Of a stretch of 64,000 nt of DNA, positions 31,901 to 42,534 are shown one piece after another. The notes under the pieces were generated by a model. It saw only the letters and a program-made list of their open reading frames with translations. It was not told the DNA's origin and did not search any database. A program made the translations under genes and the position numbers. Source of the DNA: Candidatus Eiseniibacteriota bacterium (GTDB lineage Bacteria; Eisenbacteria; RBG-16-71-46; CAIMUX01; VGJL01); the NCBI GenBank assembly GCA_963792585.1, contig CAWBWI010000003.1:512001-576000 (forward strand). Reading direction: 5' to 3'. Position 1 is the stretch's first letter, and every line of letters starts with the position of its first letter.

Positions 31901-32395
31901 AGCCGCTGCGTCTGCGGACGCCGGACGGGCGGAACTGGGGCTCGGCGATATTCCCGACGCCCCACCCTCGCCCGGCGGTTCGATCCCCTCGATCGAATAG
32001 ACCTGCGCGATGTTGGGGTGCGCGACCGCGGCCAGGGCTCGGGCCTCCTCGCGCAGCGTCTCCGCAGCGCCTGCGCCGGTCGAGCGGGAGGTGAGGGTCT
32101 TGATCGCGATCGGGCGCCCGAGGTCCGGATCCTCCGCGAGGTAGACGACGCCGGCCGCCCCGCGGCCGATCTCCCTAAGAATCTTGTACTTGCGCAATCG
32201 CTCCGGCAGCGCGGTGGAAGCGGGTTCGGGGATCCGTAGGAAGGCGGGCGACGATGTGCACGCCCGGATGAGCGAGGTCAGCTCCTGGAACAACTCCGGG
32301 TCGCGCCGCCCGATCGCCTCCAGCCGTTCCTCCCGCTCCGCCGGGGGGATATCGACGAGAGCGTGGAAGAGCGTTTCGAGCCTTTCAATCGACAT
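28904..32395 (-). CDS. Ser/Thr kinase fused to NB-ARC-like (COG3903-type) ATPase and TPR repeats
   Basis: HRDLKPAN, DFGLA, GTPGYMSPEQ; Walker A GPGGVGKT, Walker B LLDNCEH, LEGLPLAIEL; C-terminal TPRs. Confidence 0.93.
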   Translation of the reverse strand: MSIERLETLFHALVDIPPAEREERLEAIGRRDPELFQELTSLIRACTSSPAFLRIPEPASTALPERLRKYKILREIGRGAAGVVYLAEDPDLGRPIAIKTLTSRSTGAGAAETLREEARALAAVAHPNIAQVYSIEGIEPPGEGGASGISPSPSSARPASADAAAHSEATTLSILTMEYVPGRTLAERLHEGPLPLETALDVARQIAAALEAAHARSIVHRDLKPANVRVTDDGWVKVLDFGLALLLSPDSGAPKAAGTPGYMSPEQCRGEPIDPRSDLWSFGAVLYESLTGSPATPGESLGDLIDANRRGEIDLERLPVSLPERVAGLLRLCLEADPERRDVSAASARLLLEDELLRVRIDSLVESHRETPGADVPARVQPEPDAGADPGEKELRHAAGNLPRPLSAFVGRVAILDRLAARLLDQRLVTLTGPGGVGKTRTALEAAVRVQEHFPGGCWFVDLSELTRGTDAPAAIARILQLRDVPRAADPPAYAQAIADQIHGVRSLILLDNCEHILEETAGFVEELLGRSPALTVLATSRQPLAIDGEELVPLSPLAIPHDGGGGPEDDRTEAVELFLRRARGSLPASGLGPEERAVIRDICRHLEGLPLAIELTASHARSLPLPELLRRIAGGESLPDLSSRRPARHRSLHDLVDWSYRLLPDAERLLLRRLSVFRGGCTLADAEAVCAGSGIEAWQVYEHLVHLVERSLIEPEARARASREDPPRSVRYRLIESIRTFAAGRLEESDDERREVETRYLEHLIRIAELLPEEEGPTSSTWVRRIEPDYANLIHGLDQSIARHDIGRAFVLGGRISRYWIQTGYWSEGLLRLEHLLAIAPESIDSRASDSGSPSAGGDAPHPRDRIEILSQAGRMAASLGQREKARGLADRAVDAAHALGEPMPLARALHTAGIAAWFRTDIDAARGSFEEALHLFEAGGDRGGKAVCIGNLGVIHSLGGDHETALGYHRAFLVLCRDMRDRLAEAKGLLNLGRTEMMLGRPDVARAWLEEALSIHVENRDAAGTAMTHHHLGDLALAHGRLEEARGHLLEAMRIRARIGDFSGAASVINSIARVIEMSGDSMRAAEIIVTLQRVYASDEVANLPEQRQKLEAWRERLTETIGEAAMAVAVVRGESRSVAELIAWVSESSGNPPAASEDPK

Positions 32396-32637
32396 GGGGT
32401 GATTCTATCAGAGCCGGCGGGCGTTCTCCCGGGCGCCCGCGCCGTAGAAGGAGTGGATCGATGCCGTCCGTGGGGATCTCCTACGATAATCCTGCACGAT
32501 AATCCTGCATTGGGAAGACCGGGGCCGCCGGGTTACACTCGTTGGTTTCGCTGAAAGCTGAGGACGGGACCCTCTCTCGGGAAGCGGGGGCCTCTTCCGG
32601 GGGTCGAAACGAACTGCGATCGAGGATCGGGCGGACC

Positions 32638-34886
32638 ATGGAAGAGAAGATCGGGAGATTCACCATACTGGGGAAGCTGGGCCAGGGAGGCATGGGCGCC
32701 ATCTATGTCGGCAACGACGAGGCGCTCGAGCGTCGCGCCGCGATCAAGCTGCTTCTGGACTGCGAAGACCCCACCGGACTGCAGAGGTTTCTGCTGGAGG
32801 CCCGGGCGGCGGCGAGCGTCAGCCATCCGAACATCTGCCAGATCTACGAGATCGGCGACGAAGCCGGGCGGCCCTACATCGCAATGGAACTTCTGGAGGG
32901 AGAGGGACTCCACGCGCGGCTCTCGCGGGGCGCACTTCCTCTGGGGGAGGCGATCGCGGTCACGCAGCAGCTCCTGGGCGGACTCGATGAGATCCACCGC
33001 CGCGGGTTTGTCCACCGGGACCTGAAGCCGTCCAATGTCCACCTGACGCCCCACGGGGTGAAGATCCTCGACTTCGGTCTGGCGCGATCGACCGCCTCGA
33101 ACGGTGCGACGGCCGCGATCCCGCTCACGAAGCCTGGCGCAATCGTGGGAACGCCGCAGTACATGGCGCCGGAGCAGTGGACGGGCGCGTCCGTGGGGCC
33201 GGCGACCGATCTCTTCGCCGTCGGCGCGATGCTCTACGAGATGATCAGCGGGCGCCAGGCGTTCCCGGGGGAGACCATCTACGAGATCTGCGATGCCGTC
33301 GCCCACCACCAGCCGCCTGCCTTGAGCGGGGATGCGGCCGTCGTTGCCTACGATCGAATCATCCAGCAGGCGATCGAGAAGCGACCGGCCGAGCGGTTCT
33401 CATCGGCGAAGGCGATGGCCGAGGCGCTGCGGGGCATCCAGCTCAGCATGGATCGTGGGGAGACGGTGCCGATCCGGCAGACCACGAGGATGATCGCGCT
33501 TCCATTCCGGATCCTTCGACCCGATCCCGGAGACCGACTTCCTCGCTTTCAGCCTTCCCGATGCGCTCGGAGGTTCGCTATCGAAGCTGGAATCGGTCGT
33601 CGTTCGCTCGACACTGGCATCCGGCACGACCGGTGCCGATCCGTTCGACATGAAGAGTTTCGCGCGCGAGATGGGGGTCGACATGATCCTCACGGGAACG
33701 ATTCTGCGGGCGGGGGACCAGATACGGGTGACGGCGCAGCTGACGGATGGCACGTCCGGGACGATTCTCTGGACGAAGGTCTCTCAGGGCACGCTGGGCG
33801 ACCTGTTCGCGCTTCAGGATTCCCTGCTCCACGAGATCACTGATTCGCTGGCCACGCCCCTCACGCGACGGGACCAGAGCCGGCTGCTTCAGGATGTACC
33901 GGCCACGCCCCGCGCGTACGAACTCTATCTTCGAGCCAATCAGCTCACGTTGACAAATGTCTACGCTTCCTCGCTCATGCAGATCAGGGACATGTACAAG
34001 ACGTGTTTGGAGGACGATCCGCGGTTCGCTCCCGCTTGGGCGCGGTTGGGGCGTGTGTACCGAATGATCGCCAAGTACGGACACGACGATCCCCAGGCGA
34101 ACTACCTTCTCGCCGAGGAGGCGCTTTCGAAGGCCCTGGAGATCAACCCGGACCTCTCGATCGCGCACAACTACTATGCCCACCTGCTGATCGAGGAGGG
34201 TCGCTCCCTGGAGACCATGACGCGCCTGGTCGCGCGCGCGCAGAACCGTGTCACCGACCCGGGGGTGTTCGCCGGACTCGTACCGGCGTTGCGGTTCTGC
34301 GGGCTCCTGCACGCATCGCTGGCGGCCGAGCGGAGGGCGAGCCGGCTCGAGCCCAACATACGCACCAGCGTCCACTACACACACTGGATGCTGGGCGACT
34401 ACGAACAGGCGATGGCGACGGACAACGACGAGCCTCAGTTCGTGCGCGCCGCCGCGCCGGCCATGCTCGGGCGTGTGGAAGAGTCGATTGCGACGTACCG
34501 CGAAGTTCGAGCGGCGGGGATTCGAAGGTGGGGAAGCGGCGCATACGAGGATGGTTCGCGCCGCCATGGAGGGAGACAGTGCGGGATGTCTCGAGGGGTA
34601 TCGCAAGTTCCTCGAGTCGGAGTTCCGCGACCCGGAGGGGATCTTCTTCATCGCGCGCAATCTGTCGCGCGTGGGCGCTGTCGACGAAGCCCTTGTCTGC
34701 CTGACGCGGGCCGTGGACGGAGGTTTCTGGTGCATCGAGGCGGTCGTCCCGGACCCGTGGCTCGATTCCCTTCGCGGCTCGCCGCAGTTCGGGGATCTGA
34801 CGGACCGCTGCGAGGCGGGCCGCCGGCGCGCCGCCACCGAGTACGCGAGGGTGGGCGGGGAACGGCTGCTGGGCCCGGTCCGCTAG
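32638..34886 (+). CDS. Ser/Thr kinase with TolB-like and TPR domains (apparent frameshifts near 33527 and 34505)
   Basis: GQGGMG, HRDLKPSN, GTPQYMAPEQ; continues across three frames (ALPF...DFLAFSLPD, AYELYLRA, DPWLDSLRG.P.F). Confidence 0.85.
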
Positions 34887-34945
34887 TCAGAGACGCGTGG
34901 GTTCTCCAACTTCGCTCCGGCGAGGCGGCCACCCCGGTCTTCCCT

Positions 34946-37900
34946 CTACGGCAAGCGTTGTACGCGCGTGTGGACGCCATCCGACAGCAGCAATTCCAAC
35001 CGGCCCGTGGATCCGGATAGGCGCGCGCGCCCGCCGCGCGCGAAGCCGAGGCATCGACCCTCATCCATGGTGCGGACCATGACCATCGGCGCGCGGGACG
35101 CGTCCCAGACGAGCTCCGCACCTCCGCCGCCGAGTCGGGTCAAGTTGGCATCGGCGCCGAGACTGTGGAGACCCCGTGACGTGGGCGCCACGGCCGACTC
35201 TCGGCGCACGCGTTCCGTTGGACCGTCCACGACCCTCAAGACCTCGATCCGATCCAAGAGCCCGGCCGACATCGGGACGGCAAAGCAGAATCCCGCGGAC
35301 GTCGGATCGGTCGGATGGCTGGACTGCATCACGTCGAAATCCTGAGACCAGAGAACCGCTCCGGCAGCGTCGAGACCTTCCACGCGATAGGGGCCGGGGC
35401 GCGGAGGCGACGGCCGGGTGGAGAGCAAGAACGACGGCTCCAGGGACCATCGTGCCGTTTCGCCTGAGCCCCCAGACCAGCAGGCATGGCTCCTCCCCGA
35501 CCTCTTGCCGGAAACCAATCGGGCTGCCCTCGCGAAAGTCGAGGAACTTCTTGTAGGTGTAGTCGCTGATCCACTTGGTGCTGCAATAGCTCATGATGTC
35601 CTTGTATGTGGTCTTGTCCTTGAGCGACGAGGCCCAGAGATCGTATCCGTAGACCCCGATGGCCCCGCCGGGATACGGGTAGTTGGGATCAGCGCCACTC
35701 TCGCCGCCGGTGCACTGCGTGTGGCCATAGTTCCAGTTGTGACCGATCTCGTGCGCCAGAGTCCAGGAGCCGCTCGGCAAGTAGTCCCATCCGATCGCGA
35801 CGGGATATCCGATCCACCCAAGTCCGGCCACGCCGGAGCCATAGGTGACGTGGACGACGCCGAAGTAGTAGCGGCTGCTGCCGTCGGCGGTGCGCTGGGC
35901 CGTGACCTCGTTGAGAACCTGGTCCCATCCCGTGCCGTCGGCCAGAAGGTTCGCCGTGCTGTTCAAGGTCGCGTGAACCTGCGCGTCATAGTCGGGGATC
36001 GGATGGAGCCTGCGGACGTAGTCCATGAACGAGGCCGCGTTGCCCGGCATTGACGTTTCCGGTCCCGGAAGGAGTGTTCACGGGCACCAAGGTCATGTCC
36101 AGAATCGAGAGATCCCGCGCGTCCAACGGCTGCGGCGTTCCCGACGCCGGCCAGACATTGTTGGACTCGTCGTCTTCGGGGATCAGGTTGCTCGGGTCCA
36201 CATCCACCAACAAGGAGTATCCCGACTGGATGTAGGTTCCGGATACGGCCTGGTTCCAAGACCTGGAGAGAATGCTCTCGTCGACCGTCGTAGGAACCGA
36301 CCCGCCGGGAGCGGAGATTGTATAGGTCTGGATCAAGCTGCCGCCGTCGTAGATCCGCACGCGCACCTGCGGCGTCAGGCTGTTCGCTCCGTCCGCGATG
36401 GCGAAGGCCCGCAGGAACCCGTTTCGGTAGCTGACCAATGGAACGTCGAAGGCCGGGGTCTGCGTCGACTGGGTGATGTACACCGTGGGCACGGTGAGGT
36501 CCACGCCGCCGCCAATCCCTACGGTCACGATGTAAGCACGCGTGCCGGTGAAGCTCCACGCGTCCGTGGCCTGAACGGTGAACGAGAAGTCGCCGGTTTC
36601 CGAAGGCGTTCCGGTCAGATTGCCGCCGGTGGAAAGGATCAGACCCGTGGGGAGGGCGCCCGCGCTCACGACGAAGGAATAGGGCGCGGTGCCTCCGCTG
36701 GCGGTGATGGTCTGGTTGTAGGCCACCCCTAGCGTCCCGCCGGGGAGGGAGACGGGGCTCAGCGTGATCGTCGGCGGAGGACAGGGATTCGGCGAGCAAT
36801 CGGTATCCGCGCCCTGCCAGACGTTCGGAGAGGTGCAATACACCTGGATTGTGGTGGAGCAACTGCCGGTGGGTGTGCAGCACGCGCCGGTCGGAGGCTG
36901 GGGACACGGATTCGGCGAGCAGTTGGTGTCTGCGCCCTGCCAGACGTTCGGAGCGACGCACGCCGCCTGGATCGTGACGGAACAGACGCCGGCGGGCGTG
37001 CAGCACGCGCCCGTCGGGGGTTGTGGACAGGGGTTGGGTGAGCAGTTGGTGTCCGCGCCTTGCCAGACGTTCGGCGACGAGCACGCCGCCTCGGTCTTCA
37101 CGGTGCAGGCGCCGGCAGGCGTACAGCACGCGCCGGTCGGAGGCTGGGGACACGGATTCGGCGAGCAGTCGGTGCCTGCGCCCTGCCAGACATTCGGAGA
37201 GGCGCACGACGGTTGGGTGGTGACGGAGCAACTGCCGGTCGGCGTGCAGCACGCGCCGGTGGGCGGCTGGGGACATGGATTCGGCGAGCAATCGGAACCT
37301 TCGCCTTGCCAAACGTTCGGGGCGACGCACGAAGTCTCGGTCGTGACCCAACAGAACCCGGACGGCATGCAGCACGCGCCGGTCGGTTGTTGCACGCAGG
37401 GGTTGGGCGAGCAACCCGTGCCTGCGCCCTGCCAGGTATTCGGAGAGACGCACGACGCCTGCGTCGTGATGGAGCAGGCGCCTGCGGGTTCGCAGCACGC
37501 GCCGGTCGGTTGTTGCACGCAGGGGTTGGGCGAGCAGTCGGTGCCCGCTCCCTGCCAGACATTCGGAGCGACACAGGATGCCTGCGTTGTGATCGAGCAT
37601 GCGCCCGTGAGGGCGCAGCATGCGCCGGTGGGTTGTTCCATGCAGGGATTGGGCAAGCAGTCCGTCCCCGCGCCCATCCAGACGTTCGGGGACACACAAG
37701 ACGCCTGTGTTGTGATCGAGCATCCGTCGCTCGGGGTGCAACACGCGCCGGTCGGCTGCGGGCATGGGTTGGGTACACAGTCGGTGCCGGCGCCGCGCCA
37801 TATGCTCGGGGCGACGCACTCGGCCTGGGTCGTGATGGTGCAGGCGCCGGTGGGCGCGCAGCACGCGCCGGTCGGCTGCGGGCATGGGTTTGGGGAGCAG

Positions 37901-39579
37901 TCGGTGCCGGGACCGCTCCAGCTGTAGGGCGCCATGCATCCGGTCTGGACCGTGACGAAGCACGCGCCGGCTGGAGTGCAGCATGCGCCGGTCGGCTTCG
38001 GGCAGGGATTGGGCGTGCAGTCGGTGCCGGCGCCATACCAAACGTTTGGAGCGGCGCAGGCGGGCTCGGTCGTGGTGGTGCAGACCCCGTCGAACGCGCA
38101 GCAGGCCCCTGTTGGTTGAGCGCACGGATTGGGGTCGCAGTCGGCGAGCATCGTCCAGACGCTCGGCGACGCGCAGGCCGTCTCCGTCGTGACGGCGCAG
38201 ACGCCGTCGGGCGCGCAACAGGACCCGGTCGGTTGAACGCACGGATTGGGGTTACAGTCGGAGAACATCGTCCAGACACTCGACGACGCACAGGCCTCTT
38301 CCGTTGTGACGGTGCATGCGCCCGTGGAAGCGCAGCAGGAGCCTGTCGGCTGGACACAAGGATTGGGATCGCAGTCGGCGAACATCGTCCAGACGCTCGG
38401 TGCGGCGCACGCGATCTCCGTCGCGACAGTGCAGACGCCGTCGGGCGCACAGCAGGAACCCGTCGGCTGGACACAAGGATTGGGATCGCAGTCGGCGAAC
38501 ATCGTCCAGACGCTCGGCGCGGCGCACGCGATCTCCGTCGAGACGGTGCAGACGCCGTCGGGCGCACAGCAGGAACCCGTCGGCTGGACACAAGGATTGG
38601 GATCGCAGTCGGCGAACATCGTCCAGACGCTCGGCGCGGCGCACGCGATCTCCGTCGAGACGGTGCAGACGCCGTCGGGCGCACAGCAGGAACCCGTCGG
38701 CTGGACACAAGGATTGGGCTCGCAGTCGGCGAACATCGTCCAGACGCTCGGTGCGGCGCACGCGATCTCCCTCGTGACGGTGCAGACGCCGTCGGGGGCG
38801 CAGCAGGAACCGGTCGGTTGGACACATGGATTCGGCTCGCAGTCGGCGAACATCGTCCAGACGCTCGGTGCGGCGCACGCGATCTCCATCGTGACAGTGC
38901 ACACGCCGTCGAGAGCGCAGCAGGCACCGGTCGGCTGGACACATGGATTCGGCTCGCAATCGGCGAACATCGTCCAGACGCTCGGGAGCGCGCAATCTGT
39001 CTGTGCGGTCACCGTGCAGACACCATTCAACGCACAGCAGGAACCGGTCGGCTGCGTGCAGGGACTCGGAGAGCAGTTCGTCTCGGCGCCTTGCCAGGTG
39101 CCCGGTGATCGGCAATCCGCTTCGGTTGTCACCGAGCATACGCCCGTGGGGTCACAGCATGCTCCGACGGGGATTGCCTCGCCGATGCCGGAGCAGACCA
39201 TCGTTCCAAGGGTCGCGTTGTCCGTCGCGATGGTGCAGGTCTTGTTGCCGGCCGATGTGGGTTGGAACCGGACCACGACCTCCCGCGCCTTGTCCGGATC
39301 AATGGAGAAGGCGCCGCCTCCCGATACCAGTGAGAACTCCGGACAGGACGTGTGGATCGTGCCGGTGAGGGCTCCCCGCCCGGCGTTGTGTAGGGTGAAC
39401 GAGCGATCGGCGTACTGGCCCAATACCACCCGGCTAAAGTCCAGGCGCGCGGGGTCCAGTTTCCCCGAGGGTGGCTCCACGATCTGATCGGGGCTGCATC
39501 CCGCCAGCAAAGATATGGTCAGGAAGAAGACCGAGGAGCGACAGGCCCGGTCAACGAAGGCGCGCACTATCCGTGTCAT
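34946..39579 (-). CDS. Giant lipoprotein: Ig-like domain, 20 Cys-rich repeats, putative Ig (He_PIG-like), M66-like zinc metalloprotease (frameshifts near 36047 and 35445)
   Basis: Lipobox LLAGC; YNQTITASGGTAPYSF...GALPTGL; AHEIGHNWNYGH and the DIMSYC Met-turn; three consecutive ORFs join by single-base shifts. Confidence 0.82.
36775..39171 (-). repeat. 20 tandem coding repeats (117-123 bp), PTG(A/S)CC-x5-C-x7-C-x5-W-x5/6-C-xPNPC
   Basis: Counted from the translation; units 5 and 6 identical at protein level, neighbours near-identical. Confidence 0.95.
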
Positions 39580-39622
39580 GTTCAACCCCGCATTCGGAAT
39601 CGCCCCGCCTGATGCCGATTGG

Positions 39623-40357
39623 TTAGAACCCCGTTACGACCGACAAGCCGAAGAGAACATTGTCCGGTTCCTTGGCCGCTTCCCGAATGTCGCTCTGGAT
39701 CAAGCGCGTGTAACCGATCATCGGGCGCACGATCAGGAAATTGGTGAGCGACAGATCTGACGAGAGGGTGATCCCCATGTCGGTCAGCCCCTCGGTGGCA
39801 ACGCCGTAATTGAATTCGTTGTTCGCCTTGTCCGCCCAACCGACCGCGGCGACAGCGTCGATCGATCCGGACCCCAGCGGGATCGACGGGCCGAACCCCG
39901 CGGAGACATACATGCCGTCGCCCGCGTCGACGATGCGGAAGACGGTGAGCGAGGGGGTGAGGAGCCACGGCCCGGTCATCCCGACGAAGAGTTCCGTGCA
40001 CCGCTCGGTCCCGTCCTGGGAATAGGTGTACATCTGCCCGCCGGTCGAGAACTCGACGCCGGCGAAAGCGAAGGTGAACGTGGCCGAGTAGTCCACCTCG
40101 GTGAATTCCCTGGGTCGCGCATTGACGTCATCCAGATCCATGTTGGCCCAGATCCCAGCCTCCAACATCCCCAGCCCTGCCGTCACGCTCGGCTGGGCGA
40201 CAGGGCCCGAGGTGAGCGCGCTTCCCCTCCAGAGGTACTTGTTCAGGAAGGCGCACTCGGCGGAGACGGACGGAGTCATCCGGGCCTGTGCGGCGCCGCA
40301 CAAGCAAAGAAGAACTGCGATCGGCGCGACGGCACGGGCGGTGCGGGGAAGGCCCAT
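39623..40357 (-). CDS. Small outer-membrane beta-barrel (TorF/MipA-like)
   Basis: Signal peptide, NKYLWRG, PVAQPSVT, GIWAN, TEVDY, terminal Phe; GGAGG RBS. Confidence 0.7.
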   Translation of the reverse strand: MGLPRTARAVAPIAVLLCLCGAAQARMTPSVSAECAFLNKYLWRGSALTSGPVAQPSVTAGLGMLEAGIWANMDLDDVNARPREFTEVDYSATFTFAFAGVEFSTGGQMYTYSQDGTERCTELFVGMTGPWLLTPSLTVFRIVDAGDGMYVSAGFGPSIPLGSGSIDAVAAVGWADKANNEFNYGVATEGLTDMGITLSSDLSLTNFLIVRPMIGYTRLIQSDIREAAKEPDNVLFGLSVVTGF

Positions 40358-40707
40358 GGTGGAAACCTCCATCGTGTTGCGGCCCCGGGGACCATCCTCC
40401 CCGTGGATCGCGGGCATGCCTCTGAGGGAATTGTCGGCATTCGGGCACGAGTTCTTCGGCGAGAAAGGCCCCGTGGTGGGTCCAGTTTGGAGGGCCGGCC
40501 GCTCGCCGGTCTGCCCACGATGGGCGGTCGTTCCTCGGGCCCGGACGCGGTATCATCAGCTCCGCGGCCGGGCGGCAACGATGGTCGGATGTTCCGGCTT
40601 CGGAACGCGGGCCGCGTCGGTTCCATCGAATGAACAGCGGGCGGTCGGATTCCTGTCCAGGGAGGGTCCGCTCGGAGACCGGGAATGCCGGCGGACAGCT
40701 GGGAGGG

Positions 40708-41205
40708 ATGATGATCAGTCAGAGGATTCAAGAGGCGATCAACACGCAGATCAACCGCGAACAGTATTCCGCGCAGCTCTATGTCGCGATGAGCGCCCAC
40801 TGCGAAGCGAAGAGCTTCCGCGGCTTCGCCCACTGGTTGCGCGTGCAAGCCCAGGAGGAGACCCTCCACGCGATGAAGCTCGTCACCTTCCTGCTCGATC
40901 GCGGCGGCCGTCTCGAGTTGAAGGCCATCGCGGCGCCACCCAAGGAGTTCGGCACGATCACCGAGGTCTTCGGGAAGATCCTCGAGCATGAGAGGGAGAT
41001 CACGGGGACCATCAACGCCCTCTTCGAGCTCTCGAGGGCCGAGAAGGACTATCCCAGCGAGATCACCCTGCAGTGGTACGTGACGGAGCAAGTCGAGGAA
41101 GAAGCGAACGTCGGCCAGATTCTGGATCAGCTCCGCGCCGTCGGGGAGCAGGGCGGAGGGATCTGGTACCTCGACTCGAAGATGGGCAAGCGCGCCGCCG
41201 GATAG
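40708..41205 (+). CDS. ftnA: Non-heme ferritin
   Basis: INTQINRE, QAQEETLHAMK, EHEREIT, LQWYVTEQVEEE ferroxidase residues. Confidence 0.95.
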   Translation: MMISQRIQEAINTQINREQYSAQLYVAMSAHCEAKSFRGFAHWLRVQAQEETLHAMKLVTFLLDRGGRLELKAIAAPPKEFGTITEVFGKILEHEREITGTINALFELSRAEKDYPSEITLQWYVTEQVEEEANVGQILDQLRAVGEQGGGIWYLDSKMGKRAAG

Positions 41206-41523
41206 ATCCTCCCCGCGGCTTCCGGTTGGGAGTGGCCGGCGGCGCCTCGGACCGCCGGCCGATTCTCGGCGATGGGGTTCTCCGGACGGGCACTCTCCGA
41301 CCGGCCGGCGAGCCCGCGCCCGATCACCCCATCGAGTTCCTCGGTTAGGGACGGCCTTTCGATTCAAGAAGCGCGGCACCCGCAGGCCCGGCACCCGTAG
41401 GCCCTGCGCGCGCGGCCCGGCACGCGGGCCCGCCGCGGTTGCGCCCGCGGAGGGTCGGGACTATGCTTCCTGCGTTCGTGCTCAGGAGGCGTTGCGGGGT
41501 GCGGCCTCCATCGAGGGAACCTG

Positions 41524-42399
41524 ATGAATCCCCTGGCTGCGCGGCGTCGTTCGATCCTCTTCTTGGTGCCGCTTCCGTTGCTCCTGACCCTGCTTGTCTC
41601 CTGCGGAGGCGATGATCCGCGCGGGAACCGCCTCACGGGAGCTGGCATCCCCGATACGCCACCCCTGCTTCCGCTGCCCGGCCTCGCCATCCAGCCCCGA
41701 ATCGGCGGCATCGACCCGGTGGCCCGGCAGGCGGCCTCGGTCGTCATCGGCCAGCGCAACATGATCCCGTACCTCACACGGGGCAGCGAGTCCGCCATCT
41801 CCATGTTCAACGGGGGGACATGGAATTCGATTCGCAGCGGCTGCTGGTCGAAGGAGCGCGGCGCCCCCCCCGGCTTTGGCTGTGCGTACACCCTGCATGC
41901 ATGCACGGACGGCGCCCGATTCGACTGGACCGAGGTCATCGACGGCGCGTGTCCGGACGCTTTCGGCACGACCGAGTACTACCAATGGGTTCGTTTCGCC
42001 GTCGCCACGAGCGTGGACGCGCAGGAGGGATCGTTCCGCGTCTACCGCTCCACGACCGATACCGTCGAGGAGGCCTGGGCGTGGGAGTTCTCGACGGACC
42101 CTCCCGGGGGTACGTGGGAGATTTACCGTGGCGAGATCGAGCCCGTGAATCTCCTCGCGCGGCTGACCTGGACCCGCGACGAGGATGGATCCGAACAGGC
42201 GCAGTGGGTCTGGTCCGGCTTCGCGAAATGGGAATCGGAAGTCGCATCCGACGGCCTGATCGGATCGCTGACAACGCACCAATGGAGCCCGAACCGGCCG
42301 GCGTGGCAACGGCTGCACGAGATCCAGTGGACCGTGGGCCATGGAACGTGGAAGACGTTCGATACCGATGGCGCCGTCGCGGTCGACCGCAGCTGGTAG
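41524..42399 (+). CDS. Trp-rich hypothetical lipoprotein
   Basis: Lipobox LLVSC after a basic and hydrophobic N-terminus; no family recognised. Confidence 0.65.
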   Translation: MNPLAARRRSILFLVPLPLLLTLLVSCGGDDPRGNRLTGAGIPDTPPLLPLPGLAIQPRIGGIDPVARQAASVVIGQRNMIPYLTRGSESAISMFNGGTWNSIRSGCWSKERGAPPGFGCAYTLHACTDGARFDWTEVIDGACPDAFGTTEYYQWVRFAVATSVDAQEGSFRVYRSTTDTVEEAWAWEFSTDPPGGTWEIYRGEIEPVNLLARLTWTRDEDGSEQAQWVWSGFAKWESEVASDGLIGSLTTHQWSPNRPAWQRLHEIQWTVGHGTWKTFDTDGAVAVDRSW

Positions 42400-42417
42400 G
42401 ACGGCGGTGACCGGTGA

Positions 42418-42482
42418 TTGCAGCTTTTTGACGCGTAGCCCTTCCTTCTTGACTCCTTCTTGATGGGACCCGGATCCATGCT
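42418..42482 (+). promoter_or_regulatory. Second putative KdpE box array and -10 element
   Basis: TTGCAG (42418), TTGACG (42428), TTGACT (42449), TTGATG (42460), spaced 10/21/11; CATGCT at 42477. Confidence 0.55.
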
Positions 42483-42534
42483 TTGTGTCGGAACCAGTCC
42501 ATTCTATCGAGATCCAGATCCGGGAGGTCCTAAA

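Noticed and set aside
36775..39171. CRISPR-like appearance of the periodic repeats (also 59050-60300)
   Set aside because: Units are codon-length multiples encoding protein repeats, with no unique spacers and no cas genes.
40375..40560. ydaO-like words (GAGGAAC, CCCGAA..CCGACA) upstream of the small barrel gene
   Set aside because: Core AGCUAAC and the expected pairings are missing; likely chance.
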